Positions 33,201 to 43,700 of a stretch of DNA of 64,000 nucleotides are shown here, piece by piece. Location: positions 64,001 to 128,000 of the IMG/VR virus record IMGVR_UViG_3300014204_013734; one strand, 5' to 3'. Numbering within the stretch: the first letter of the stretch is position 1; each line of letters opens with the position of its first letter. Under the pieces are notes generated by a model that was given only the letters and a program-made list of their open reading frames with translations, had not been told where the DNA came from and did no database searches. The position numbers and the translations under genes are program-made. The stretch is from a virus. Its lineage: Duplodnaviria; Caudoviricetes.

Positions 33201-35167
33201 ATGCAGCTCTTATTCGCCGTCACAAGACTTCTTCCGAAGAAGATGGTGAAGATGGAATTGAAGCCCGATATGAAGAAGGGGTTCCCGCTGACCCAACGGA
33301 AAACATGACGGAAGAAGATGCCAAGGAATGGCGTCTTCAAAACCTGAAGAACAAAGACAACTTCAAGGGATCCTGCGTATCGGAAGAAACAGACGGTTTG
33401 CTGGCCAAGTACGAAGAAGGCAAACCTGCTGATCCAACGGAAAACATGACGGAAGAAGATGCCAAAAAGTGGAAAAACAACACGGAAGAACACAAGAATG
33501 AGTTCAAGAAGGCTGATTCTCACAACGTCATTTTTGTGTCTGTACGGGCCAAAAAATTGGAAGGGCTTGCTCCTGGTACAGAAATCAAATTCCCTTGGAA
33601 ATCGGAAGAAGGGGATCTTGTAACATGCTGCCCTTACGCAGCAGTTGTTCAAAGATCGGAATCTTCATACCTAACCCGCATTCAGGAACGACAAGGTTTC
33701 CAAGCGGAAATGATCCTTACCCTCCAACAACCACCTAACCTGAAGAATCCCGCCAGGTGGGAAAAAGACCTGAAAGCATATCTTGACAGTCCTGGGGGAA
33801 CCGTTGAAATCCTGAAGAATCCCAGGAAACCCACAATTTGGTCCAACGGGATTCCCATTACCAAAACCGCTGCCACGGGTCCGGACAAGACCGGACGTAA
33901 CTGGATGGAATTCAACGAAAAGTTGGGGCACTGGTGGGCATGGAACGGAAAACCAGGACCAACATTCAGGGTGACTGAGGTCCCTGGGCCAGGCATTCCC
34001 TTGTATCAGTTGCAAATGTTGATGGACGATGGGAAACTGTTGAAATTCCGCCATCAGGAAAAAGATCTGAAAAGGGCATTCACCTTTGCATCCGCTTTCT
34101 GGAAAACGCTCAACAGCGAAGCAGGGGGCTTGATAGATCTGACTCATCATTGGTCGCGCATTGCTTCCAACGAAGTTGAATCCCGGTTTGAAGAAGGCGT
34201 CCCGGCCGATCCAACCGAAAATATGACCCCCGAGGACAAGGCCAAGTGGGAAGCCATGAACGAAGAACACCGAGACGAATTCAAAACTTCGTCCAGGAAC
34301 GACACCCAAAAGAAAACCTTGTCCGACACCAGGACTTTACCTGAACGCAAGCCACAGGGGCAGCCAAGCACCTTTTCAACTGATTCCCGGCTAGCTTCTG
34401 CAGCCCCGTCTGGTCTCTATGGTCACACGAAACGAATTCAGGCGGATTGTGAAGCCTGCATCGGGAAACTTTCCAGGGCAGCGGAACGCATCGCCAAAAA
34501 TGCTTGGCGGAAAGACGAACAGGTTGCTCCGTTCCTTGCCGCCCACGCAAAACGGTCGGGAAGCCTTCCTGCCGCCATCTTGGTCGACGCTATGACAGGG
34601 ATCGGGCCGAAAATTGCGTCCAACACGGAAACCGTCATTGCTTCCGGGACTGCCCCTTCCGGTCTGAGTGATTCACAGGAAAGATTGTGGAACAGTTTGT
34701 GGCAGTTGGCCGTGAATGACGGGAATGCCTTCAGGGCAAATGAACCGAAAAAAGCGGTTAACGATTCCTATGATGCCTTCCGAGATCAAGCGGTTGAAGA
34801 CCTGATCTGGGAATTACGGGATGATTTCAAGAAGATACGTGCTCCGATGGTGCAAGCGTTACAGAACCATTGGCTGAAATCAAAGAAGGCGGGTTCAGCG
34901 AAGCACGGTCTTTACGGATTCAGCCTCAAGACTTCAACCCTAGGTATGTCTTCCTGCACAGCGATCCATGAACTGGCCGGCCATCTTGCAGCGGACCTGC
35001 ATTCCCGCCGAGCCGACCGGCACGCCAACATCACCGATTTCTTCAAGAAACACGGCAAAGAAACGAAATGTGCCAGATCAAGGCTTCTGCTGAGCTGTTA
35101 TCCTGATGCCGGAAAGACGGCGTCAGTCCCAAATTCGGTTGAGGGTTGGTTGAAATTTGACGTGTGA
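30224..35167 (+). CDS. 1647-aa modular repeat protein (polyprotein-like)
   Basis: MEFPTEKA..YLKEHPKADPSNHTV x2, (R/K)(Y/F)EEG.PADPTENM x4, GLYG module x2; modules separated by KTA/KIA/RLA/KKA. Confidence 0.85.
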   Translation: MKKTAIGPKVIFKSDKPLFTEVAHKYEEPYGLRLVSMNLVRFTPTGKSEPWTKGQKGVRNQVQIALDFDAELFPTYAKEKSNVKMNFRAEGPAYVYVNDKVKVWSFLMSPMAFWHINFEQSLNKEGFITYGMYHTPNGGGTLNEATVLSQISDFLTSSAFKQTITMLQHAWDSPTGKTSGYKGNPDGRDIYPVEVKHGYGEPLAGGTDVMRKLQNLLLTEQGSDPRPESSKIAVLGEDMRNLKRLAMEFPTEKAKKKYLKEHPKADPSNHTVEEKKDEDEAKVTKQGPGGQKAQKAWRDAGKAYKTFEDMNKEEQSLRRKLKKGDPSATAEAAEFYSKSVEYAKKMNRYNKKILDEIDRESLDDPKKKIFDEALKKFNEAEDHIEKSPKTLGKDSMGYDQDPLFLGGWVAAIPIHVLEILHDIMYKAGKKAFLERLTMEFPTEKALKDYLKEHPKADPSNHTVTKKEETGKKDTPKGNLLGKDVQKRWKDIGKHHAELMDTAKESQQLHEKLNKAHHDHEHQEKAKELEKELKGHAQMYYNRNRSNGFRMMEHVEKIMKDIDRETLDAEGKKLYDEAKEGKVKADDLVEGGYEPRKGYEASDFNYMAGMVAGAVIAPLHALQKMMDRERDAGKKAFLEGPDMKNADWQPGKKDEEGWEEGKRVPDTITEGEGSLIPNILERLAMLSDDCNGLLARYEEGVPADPTENMSPEDAKEWKEQNEEHRDEFKKAFDALTSKAQETNTLATLERLAANKKAKHRSLSEIADEITRDWPSVNYAAKPYLNAMKSLDQITETYGQDPAKSIVAYFLSNATSWKGEKAKAVKAELKALLKIRGASEKTASDNTVSIMKEFLDRDWPAVEKAVSELDWDEATNTLKRIQGVYHHSAGLDKNVIDMPDTKALGHIRMLLDAFKTKDEKKIKEDMESRGPVMVKEWKTNIGKYKWQAGFQGEEIKNLSEQIVSKAFSELGGPSGWDVRQVFFKEGPEAAQKAFDAALIRRHKTSSEEDGEDGIEARYEEGVPADPTENMTEEDAKEWRLQNLKNKDNFKGSCVSEETDGLLAKYEEGKPADPTENMTEEDAKKWKNNTEEHKNEFKKADSHNVIFVSVRAKKLEGLAPGTEIKFPWKSEEGDLVTCCPYAAVVQRSESSYLTRIQERQGFQAEMILTLQQPPNLKNPARWEKDLKAYLDSPGGTVEILKNPRKPTIWSNGIPITKTAATGPDKTGRNWMEFNEKLGHWWAWNGKPGPTFRVTEVPGPGIPLYQLQMLMDDGKLLKFRHQEKDLKRAFTFASAFWKTLNSEAGGLIDLTHHWSRIASNEVESRFEEGVPADPTENMTPEDKAKWEAMNEEHRDEFKTSSRNDTQKKTLSDTRTLPERKPQGQPSTFSTDSRLASAAPSGLYGHTKRIQADCEACIGKLSRAAERIAKNAWRKDEQVAPFLAAHAKRSGSLPAAILVDAMTGIGPKIASNTETVIASGTAPSGLSDSQERLWNSLWQLAVNDGNAFRANEPKKAVNDSYDAFRDQAVEDLIWELRDDFKKIRAPMVQALQNHWLKSKKAGSAKHGLYGFSLKTSTLGMSSCTAIHELAGHLAADLHSRRADRHANITDFFKKHGKETKCARSRLLLSCYPDAGKTASVPNSVEGWLKFDV

Positions 35168-35180
35168 AAGCACTTGGATT

Positions 35181-35219
35181 GAAAAAGCCCCGTCCAATTG
35201 AAATGGACGGGGCTTTTTC
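35181..35219. terminator. bidirectional intrinsic terminator
   Basis: GAAAAAGCCCCGTCCA-attgaaa-TGGACGGGGCTTTTTC between convergent genes. Confidence 0.88.
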
Positions 35220-35235
35220 ATATTTGGGAAACCGT

Positions 35236-36414
35236 TCAGAAGGATCCTTCTTCCATTGCCCTAAGGACACATTCTTTCGTAAAGGACATAAAGGCAGAAA
35301 CCCGAGCAGCGGGCATCCCTTGGTCCTTGGCAATTTCCGTGACGGTCCGTCCTTCCGCCTTTTGACGGACAATATTCATACACTTTGGACAGGATTCAGG
35401 ATCCCTTGCCCGAAGAACCCCTTCAATCCGAGTCCAGAACGATTCATATTCCATGACTTCCGCAGCGGTGACGGCGTTCCGATCCACAACGTCAAAACTG
35501 GCGAACTCCGCCATCCGATCACTGGCCCACAAGACTTGCAGGTCGGAATGCTCATACATGATGTCATCTCTGCCGACCCGTTCCCGTTCGGTCCTAGCCC
35601 CCAGAAGAGACCTGGAAACAGGTTCCGTACCGGAATCACGGCAATCGTTGTAAGCGGAACGAACAGCATACGTAGCAATAAGGCTGTCACTGATCTTCAG
35701 TCCGGCGAAAATACGTCCGGCAAGGGCATCCCGATGAATGAGCCGCATCAAACAGGTCTGGACGTGGTCATCCACAATCCCGATTGCAACGGACATCTGA
35801 AGCTTCGCGGAAACCGTTCGCCGAAGGGTCTTCATAAAACCCCCATTACAGCCCCCAGTTAAGGCTAGGCGACGTTCCAAGAACAAAGCTGTGGGATTTG
35901 CCGCCCCTTGAAAACAAGGGTCTGAAAGACGAATTCCGTCAGGGGTAAGCCCCCAGAATCCCGGATCCCCCTGAACGGTAATAGGAAAAGGGTTTCTCCG
36001 GTCTGTCCCGTTCAGGAAAGCTTCTGAAACGGTTTTATACAGCCCGCTTCGGGGGTTGCCAAAAAACCAGCCGATTTCGTGACTTCCAAAATCAGACAGG
36101 TTTTCGGGATTCATTCCGGTCCGGTGTAAGGTTTCCCGGATGACGGTTTCACAAGGAACAAATTTTCCGGGGCAACCTTTTGTTTTGTCCCGAAGGGTTT
36201 CAAGAAGAGGTTTGAAAAGGACTGTTGTTGTGGGGGGTTTGATTTCAAGGAAGGACGGGAAATCAGTGTCAAGGCGCATGACGGGATCTCCTTCAGGCAA
36301 CCACAAAAGGGTCACCTTGGTTGGGGAATAGGAACAAGCCAGCACGATGGACAGGGTTTTTTCAAACAGGTCCGGGTGTCGGCAGTCAACATTTTGCCAC
36401 AACCTTAAAGGCAT
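35236..36414 (-). CDS. sigma70/ECF-like factor (start uncertain)
   Basis: Region 2-like VDDHVQTCLMRL...ATYAVRSAYNDCR; region 4 HTH IVRQKAEGRTVTEIAKDQGMPAARV. Confidence 0.55.
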   Translation of the reverse strand: MPLRLWQNVDCRHPDLFEKTLSIVLACSYSPTKVTLLWLPEGDPVMRLDTDFPSFLEIKPPTTTVLFKPLLETLRDKTKGCPGKFVPCETVIRETLHRTGMNPENLSDFGSHEIGWFFGNPRSGLYKTVSEAFLNGTDRRNPFPITVQGDPGFWGLTPDGIRLSDPCFQGAANPTALFLERRLALTGGCNGGFMKTLRRTVSAKLQMSVAIGIVDDHVQTCLMRLIHRDALAGRIFAGLKISDSLIATYAVRSAYNDCRDSGTEPVSRSLLGARTERERVGRDDIMYEHSDLQVLWASDRMAEFASFDVVDRNAVTAAEVMEYESFWTRIEGVLRARDPESCPKCMNIVRQKAEGRTVTEIAKDQGMPAARVSAFMSFTKECVLRAMEEGSF

Positions 36415-36431
36415 TGTCAAGCAAAAAATCC

Positions 36432-36447
36432 CGGTGAAATCCTTATA
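36432..36447 (+). promoter_or_regulatory. conserved 16-mer CGGTGAAATCCTTATA, copy 2
   Basis: Identical to 22824-22839. Confidence 0.6.
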
Positions 36448-36482
36448 GAAATGTCTTGGCAGGACTTTTGAAGGAGGCTTCA

Positions 36483-37508
36483 ATGAAGCATTGCGAATTA
36501 CGGGCAATCAAGCGGGAACTGAAGATGAATAAGCTGGCTTCAGGACGTGTAGCCTTGCGCTGGTTCCTGGCGACGGTCAACACGACTGAATATGACCAGT
36601 TTCTTCGCTTACAGGTTCTGGAAGGCGCCGCAGGCGTTCCCGTGGATACTTGGTGGAGGGATGGTTGGAAGTCTGCAATCCGGCAGATGGAAGACAAATT
36701 TGCCGGAACCAACATAAATCCGGCCTGGTTGGACCCGAAAAATTCCGGTATGTTCGGAATTGTCGAATCCGCCCTCAATTCCGCCATCAGGAAATACAAA
36801 CTGAGTGCGGATCCGGATGAATTCCTTGACCATGCCCTTATGGGCTTGTCGCCGGACTTGACCAAAATCAGGGAAGTCCGTCCAGCTTGGCATGCAGGCA
36901 TGAAAGGTTCTGAAGGAATCAAATCAGGGAAAGAAACCCCAAGGTCCATCGGGGCAGGGCCCCTTGCTACGTACCTTATCCGTTTCGTAAAGCGGGAATC
37001 AGACAAGATTCACAGCTTGATGATAGATTCTCCTGAAACCGACGAACGTCCCATTGATTACGCGGACACCTCGGCCGAGGAATCTTCCGCCGGGTCTTTC
37101 CTTACGAAACTTGTGTTTGAAGACATGGATGACCCCATGGGGAAGAGAATCCGGGAATTCATGAAGAAAGTTTGGAAATCAAAATATCCCGACATGGTCA
37201 CATGGTTGACTATGTTGGAAAAGGGAACCCTTCCAAAAACCAAACAAGATTTTGCTAAATCCATCAACAAAGTCCCTGAACAACTTCAGGATATCTTTAA
37301 CCCGGCATGGAAAACCTTCGCAAAAGCCCTTTGGTCAGGATCAGGTGAAGCTAACAAGCTTTTGGAAGACCTTGAATTGTATTTTATGTCTAAAAGGGTC
37401 CCTTGGTTCTATTCTGAAGACCAGCTTCTTGAAGTCACCAGACAGAAAGTCCTGAATGAAGTTGAAAGACTTCGTCCAACCCACAAGAAATCTTTTTTGT
37501 GGGTTTAA
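36483..37508 (+). CDS. hypothetical protein with RVALRW motif
   Basis: KLASGRVALRWFLAT near the N-terminus. Confidence 0.75.
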   Translation: MKHCELRAIKRELKMNKLASGRVALRWFLATVNTTEYDQFLRLQVLEGAAGVPVDTWWRDGWKSAIRQMEDKFAGTNINPAWLDPKNSGMFGIVESALNSAIRKYKLSADPDEFLDHALMGLSPDLTKIREVRPAWHAGMKGSEGIKSGKETPRSIGAGPLATYLIRFVKRESDKIHSLMIDSPETDERPIDYADTSAEESSAGSFLTKLVFEDMDDPMGKRIREFMKKVWKSKYPDMVTWLTMLEKGTLPKTKQDFAKSINKVPEQLQDIFNPAWKTFAKALWSGSGEANKLLEDLELYFMSKRVPWFYSEDQLLEVTRQKVLNEVERLRPTHKKSFLWV

Positions 37509-38293
37509 AGATTTTTCTTGACTTTTTCTTGAAGGGATGACAACATCCCTTTTGTGTTTAGTTGTTTCACCCAGGTTCACTGAAAACTTTTCAGGTTGTC
37601 GTTGGAAACATCCCGGTAAGCTTTTCCTTTCTTTCAGGAAGGCCCGCACTCGGGACATAGGAAGGAACCTCCAAAGGGTTTGGAATCCTTTCTGGATCCA
37701 ATGATCGGGAAACCGATACGGAAGCCATTGAGCTAAGCAATCGCCGTCAAACAAACCTGGGTGTTGAAAATCAAACCTTTCCTTGGAAAACTTCACCTGA
37801 GTCCCAAGGAAAGAAAAGGATGCAAAGTCCACGGCGTGTCCTTCCGATCCTGTAGTTAGGATCAATGGACCCGGGGAAAGGTTTTAAGGAAGATCAGGTG
37901 GTCTTCCTAACCGTTAAAACCGTTTCCTTCAAACTCGTCGTAAACCCTTTTTCCTTCAACCCCCTTTCCCCCAAGAAAGAAAAGAAGAAGGAAGGAAAGT
38001 AGGGAGCCCGTAGGGCGACCGTGGCAAAAGAAATAGTTACCTAACGGTTAATGATTCTGATGATTCTGGTTTCTTTGATTCTGAAATTGAAGTTGTTACT
38101 GTTCCTGTAAGCTTTCTTGGTTAAATTAGTACGGATGATTGTTTACCTGTTTCTTCTTGTCGTTTCAGTCCTTAGAGTAAGGGATGGAACTAGACAATCT
38201 AAAATTGAGGATCCCCTGGATCCAAGGGTGAGGTGTATTTAAAAATAGTCCCTTGATGGATTTCCTATGGTACTTCCTTAATTGGAGGTCACT

Positions 38294-38740
38294 ATGGAAA
38301 TCCTGGTTGAAAATGAAATCAGAAATCTTGCCGTAGGGTGCCTGCATGTTATTTACGGAAGGGCTTCGGTAGAATTTCCTACGTCTACCAGAGCACATCC
38401 GTCTTATTGGGTTTTCGTAGGGTTAAACTTCTTTGGACCCTTGTCAGATGAATACCGAACGGTATTTCCTTTCCGTGTTTGGTGGAAAGTTTGGAAACAG
38501 GTTATCGTTCCGGTTGTTAAGGATTCCTGGAATCAAAACATATCTCTTCCAGGGACTTTGGATGACAAACTAGAAATCCTGATAGCAGAACTTACGAACC
38601 GATTACGTCTATCAGGAATGATTCCTGATAGCCCTTCCGTAGAAATCCCGGATAATCAAGTAAATCCTACTCAAGCAGGTTTTTATGGGAATGCTTGGTG
38701 GGTTAGACTCCACTTCAAGTTGGAAGACCTGTCTGAATGA
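38294..38740 (+). CDS. hypothetical protein
   Basis: RBS GGAGGT; 148 aa. Confidence 0.6.
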   Translation: MEILVENEIRNLAVGCLHVIYGRASVEFPTSTRAHPSYWVFVGLNFFGPLSDEYRTVFPFRVWWKVWKQVIVPVVKDSWNQNISLPGTLDDKLEILIAELTNRLRLSGMIPDSPSVEIPDNQVNPTQAGFYGNAWWVRLHFKLEDLSE

Positions 38741-38816
38741 AAATGAACAAGTTAGCTTGTCAGGTTCTTCCTTCCTTGATTGCTGGTTCCTCTTCTTTTG
38801 GGCTTGTTAGGAAGGT

Positions 38817-39023
38817 GTGAGCATTGTGAACGAAAAATCTCAAGAACCTAAGAAAACCGTTTGGATTGCCTGCCGAGCGACGGAAGGTTGTAACGGCAAT
38901 CTTGCCATTATTGAACAGACTTTTGATCACCTGCTTTCAAACGGGCAGAATTCCATAAACAGCGGCGTTTCTATCCGTTACGTCTGTCAGACGTGTGGGC
39001 GGGCATTCCACGTAACACGTTAA
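38817..39023 (+). CDS. small zinc-ribbon protein
   Basis: CRATEGC...YVCQTCG. Confidence 0.65.
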   Translation: MSIVNEKSQEPKKTVWIACRATEGCNGNLAIIEQTFDHLLSNGQNSINSGVSIRYVCQTCGRAFHVTR

Positions 39024-39064
39024 GGGTACGCTTTCCGGGTAACTTTTCCCGGAGGTGGTTAACC

Positions 39065-39673
39065 ATGTCTTCTTGCATACTCTTTCACGGTCCCGGAGCC
39101 CGTTCGGCCGCTTTATCGGAAGCATCCAAGATAGGGGTTCTGATAGCCCCTCCTTTCGGGGATGACGGGCTTAAAACCGGAACGGCACGGGAAATCGTTT
39201 TGCTTATGCAGGATACTCCTGTTGGGTCTTCTGTTGGGACTTTGGTAATTGGGCCAATGGATGCCGACAGAGCCAATCCAAAGGCATGTGATGTCCTGTT
39301 GAAGTGTTTGGAAGAATTTGACGATGCTTTAGTTCAGCCCATCTTGTGGGCTTCGGACTTGGGTAGTGTCATTCCTACGATCCGGTCCCGTTGTTTGGCC
39401 CGGTGGGTTCGGGATATTCCTGTTGTCGACGAAGAATTGGAAGACATCGTGGCTGAACTGGTAGAAGCAGTCTTGTCCGACCGTTTGGCTAAAGTTTCTG
39501 CTCTTGTTCGTAACGTGGATTCAAAAAAGTTACCCGACCTGATTGGGATGATTGCCGATCATCTGGTAGGGGACCCTGCTGGGGTTGCCTTATGGGAACG
39601 GGTCAGGAAAGTTGCCATTTGGAAGAACCCGACTGTTGTTGAATTGGTCGGGGCCTTGGTTGGGGGCGCTTAA
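39065..39673 (+). CDS. DNA polymerase III delta-prime-like clamp loader subunit
   Basis: ACDVLLKCLEE and VIPTIRSRC (SRC motif); degenerate P-loop. Confidence 0.7.
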   Translation: MSSCILFHGPGARSAALSEASKIGVLIAPPFGDDGLKTGTAREIVLLMQDTPVGSSVGTLVIGPMDADRANPKACDVLLKCLEEFDDALVQPILWASDLGSVIPTIRSRCLARWVRDIPVVDEELEDIVAELVEAVLSDRLAKVSALVRNVDSKKLPDLIGMIADHLVGDPAGVALWERVRKVAIWKNPTVVELVGALVGGA

Positions 39674-39675
39674 AA

Positions 39676-40647
39676 ATGGGGAAGGTTCCTGTTTTTGCCG
39701 TGTCCGGATCGGATGATTTCCATCGTTTGCGTAATTTGTTGCGATTGATTACCGATCATCAGGAAAATGGTTGGAAAATCGATCGTATTAACGGTACTTT
39801 GGCTTCTGATCTTCGGGCGGCTTTGTCGCAAAATTCCGTTTCCTTCATGGCTGCCGGTCCCATCCTGGTAGTTGTAGATTCACCTGAAAAGGCGGATTTA
39901 GGGATTCTTGAAGCCCACTCCAAAAAGAAGAGTTCCGATACGGTCATTCTCCTTCATTACGAAGGGGATCCGAAGGAAAACACAAAGTTTGGCAAGTTTT
40001 TGAAGGGGTTGGGAAAACAGCATAGGAACTACCCTTCACCCAAGGAATGGGAAGCTGACCAGATTGCCGCGGATTTCGTCGTGTCGGAATTAAAGACTCT
40101 TGGAAAGACAATTGATCCAAGGTTGGCGGCCGCCCTTGTTGCCAAGGTTGGTTCGGGTCTTGGGTTCCTTTCCTTTGAAATCAAAAAGATTTCCACGTTG
40201 GCGGATGCCGATGGAATCACGGAAATAGATGCTGTCAGGATTAAAGGAAGCATAGCTCCTTTGGCGGAGACGGCAATTCAGCCGATTGTTGCAGCTCTTG
40301 CTCGTCGGGATGTCAAAGCCTTGGCCGGGCATTTGGATCGGTTGAAGAACACCTGCAAGGATGACCAAACGATACGGTTATGCAGAATCTTGTTTGATGG
40401 GGCTTCCAAGTGGCTGGCGGTTGCTGAATTTCGGGATCGGGGCGTTGGGCAGGACGAATCCGCAGCCGAGATGGGGGTCAACCCGTGGTTTTGGAAGAAC
40501 AAAGTGGTTCCCCAGGCAGGCCACTGGACGCGCCAGGAAGCCGCTAGGCTGATTATCAAGCTGGGGGACGCTGAAAGGGCTGTCCTATCGGGACAAATCA
40601 ATCCTTGGGCTAAATTGGTGGCGGGATTGCTGGAATCTTGTCGTTGA
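39676..40647 (+). CDS. DNA polymerase III delta (HolA)-like subunit
   Basis: N-terminal FAVSGSDDF; LGKTIDPRLAAALVAKVG..L..EIKK; EMGVNPWF. Confidence 0.7.
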   Translation: MGKVPVFAVSGSDDFHRLRNLLRLITDHQENGWKIDRINGTLASDLRAALSQNSVSFMAAGPILVVVDSPEKADLGILEAHSKKKSSDTVILLHYEGDPKENTKFGKFLKGLGKQHRNYPSPKEWEADQIAADFVVSELKTLGKTIDPRLAAALVAKVGSGLGFLSFEIKKISTLADADGITEIDAVRIKGSIAPLAETAIQPIVAALARRDVKALAGHLDRLKNTCKDDQTIRLCRILFDGASKWLAVAEFRDRGVGQDESAAEMGVNPWFWKNKVVPQAGHWTRQEAARLIIKLGDAERAVLSGQINPWAKLVAGLLESCR

Positions 40648-40711
40648 AATCTTAATTGAGATTCCCTTTCGGGATTCTGCTTTTTGTCTATCACCAAACG
40701 GAGATCAGAAC

Positions 40712-43700
40712 ATGATTTTTTCCCAGTCTGCCGATGACCGGAAGGTGCGTCAGTTTTCTCTCAGCCCGACATTTATTGAACAATTCCGAGGAAAGCAGCC
40801 TGAATGGGGATTCGGGGGTTTGGGTTATTTCACGTATAAGCGCACGTATGCCCGTGCTCTTCCTGAAGGTGGGACGGAGGAATTTTGGCAAACGGTGCAG
40901 CGGGTCGTTGAAGGTTGTTTCAACATCCAGAAGATTCATTGCAGGCAAATGGGACTTCCTTGGAAGGAAGACAAGGCTCAGAATTCCGCCCAGGATATGT
41001 TCCACCGTATTTGGGACTTCAAGTTCACGCCTCCAGGACGTGGTTTGTGGACCATGGGTACGGACCTCGTTTACGAACGAGGGGCAGCCTCACTTATGAA
41101 CTGTTTCGCTGGAGAAACAGAAATCATCACAGCCGACGGCACGAAGCCGATTGGAAGTCTGGTAGGTACAGTCCAGAATTTACTTACCAGAGGGGGGGAG
41201 TGGGTCGATGCTCCGATCCGGTCCTTTGGGGTTCAAAAGTTGTGGCGTCTTGTCCTGACACGTCAAGGGGTGAAGAAAACCTTGTTTGTTACGGGCGATC
41301 ACAGATGGTTTTGTAGGGACCGTAGGAATGCGAATCGGAACCGTGGTTTTTTGGAATTCAGGACTTCGGAACTGCGCCCTGGGGTTCACCATCTCCAATA
41401 CATCTTCGGGCAGGGTGTGAAGCGTGTGAAACCTTCTCCGTTCGGTGTGGCCCATGGATTTACTTTTGGGGATGGGACATGCCAGAGGAACCGAAATGCA
41501 GGTGCCGTGTACATGTTTGGGGAGAAGGATGCCGCACTGAAACCTTACTTTTCGTTATGCCCTCCTCACGAAATCAAAAATGGGGCTGGATTTGGGGCGT
41601 TGCCTAATTTCTTCAAGGATCGTCCTTCCTTACGGGAAACAAAAGCCTATTTGCTTGGGTGGCTTATGGGATATTTTGCTGCCGACGGGTCAGTAGAAAA
41701 AGCTGGCCAGACGGTTCTTTCCAGTGCCGACCGGGGAAACATCGAATTCATTCGGGACGTGTGTGTTGCCCTCGGAATCGGCATTTATTCAATAGGGAAG
41801 AATTCTTGCATATCCAACCTAACAGGTAAACCACATGTCATGTATCGTTTGGCACTGATGCGGAACACCCTACCAGAAGATTTTTTCCTCATTGACGAAC
41901 ACCGAAACAATTTCCTTAAAAATGGCGGGGGGGATGTTCTTCAGAGAAAGTGGACAGTTCTTTCGGTTGAAGAAACCGACAGGGAAGAAGAAGTTTTCTG
42001 TGCCGTTGTGGAGGGCAAAGGTGCTTTTGCGTTGGATGGAAATATCCTGACTGGAAATTGTTCCTTCATCTCCTCGGAAAATTTGGCGGACGATTTTTCG
42101 TCTCCTTTCTGTTTCCTGATGGACATGTCAATGCTCGGAGTTGGGGTCGGAGGAGATACCCGAGGAGCCGGAAAGGTGAAGCTGTGTCCTCCGAAAATAA
42201 CGGACCAACCGTTCGTTGTTGAAGACAGTCGAGAAGGTTGGGTCAACCTTCTTCGCATGGTTCTGAATTCCTTTGTAGGTAAGGCTTCTTTCCCGACGGT
42301 TATTGATTATTCCGGGGTCCGGGGCCGTGGGGTGCCGATCAAAACATTCGGGGGGGTAGCTTCCGGTCCGAAGCCCCTTCATGTCATGGTTGAAAGTATC
42401 ACTAGGTTGCTCCTTCCCAAAGGCATGACGGTTTCGTTTCACGTGGAACAGGATGAAACGGCAGGTAAGATTTTCAAGGTCGGTGTAGTAATGGAAGGTT
42501 CCGGCGAACCTTACAAAATCACGTCATCAATCATTGTTGACATCTTCAACATGATCGGCAAATGTGTTGTATCCGGAGGAATTCGACGTACCGCAGAAAT
42601 CCTATTCGGGGAACCTGACGACCAGGAATTCATCGCTTTGAAACAGGATCAGGAAGCTTTGAATTCCCACAGGTGGGCTTCCAACAATTCCATCTTTGCC
42701 AAGGTCGGGATGGATTATTCTTCCGTGATGGATTCCGTGGCAGTGAATGGAGAACCGGGCCTTTGCTGGTTGGACAACATGCGACGGTACGGGCGCATGA
42801 TGGACCCCCCGAATGACAAGGACCGTAAGGCCATGGGGGCAAACCCGTGTTTTTCGGGGGATACTTTGATCGCCGTTGCCGACGGACGTGGGTCGGTTCC
42901 TATCCGCACCCTTGCTGAAAACGGGAATGATATTCCCGTTTATGCTGTTGACAGAAAAACCGGCAAGGTTGACATCAAGTGGGGTCGTAATCCCCACAGG
43001 ACTCGGGAATCCAGTCCATTGGTTGAAGTTTTGTTTGAAGACGGCGGTTCCTTGAGGGTGACGCCTGACCATGGGATGCTGCTTTTGGATGGAACCAAAG
43101 TGCATGCCGAAGACTTGAAACCGGGGGACAGTCTGCCCAGGTTCATGAAGCGGAAGGAAAAGATTTCCAAGGCCAATCTGAGTGATTACTGGCAAGTATG
43201 TACAGACACCAGGGACGCGAAAAGCAAGGCCATGGAACACAGGCTTGTGGCCCGCTTCAATGACCCTGAAGCGTGGGATCGTCTGTACAACCAACAAAAG
43301 ACAAACGGTTGGATTAAGGGAGGAGTTGTCGTACACCACGAGGACTTCAACTCTTTGAACAATGCCCCAGAAAACCTTTCCATCATGACTTTCAGGAATC
43401 ATCGGGCACTTCATGCCAGAAGTCTTGTGGGAAACAAGAATCCCATGTGGGGGAAGGTGCATTCGGAAGAAGCGTGCCGTAAGATCGGGGACAAGACGTT
43501 GGAACGGTGTTCTGATCCTGTTTTCCTGGCCAAGTTGTCCGCTTCACATACGGAAGTGGAACGGGAAGCTTTGTCAAATAGGCTTTCGGAACAACAGCAA
43601 CAGAACTTGTTGGAATACTGGAAAGACCAAGCATCCAAGACGGATCTGGATACGGTTTGGGTAGAGGGTCGGTTGCATGCCGTCAAAAAGTGTGAAACCT

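Noticed and set aside
37341-37865. 174-aa minus-strand ORF
   Set aside because: It has no motifs or clear RBS and overlaps the upstream gene end; it cannot be supported, though it is not excluded.
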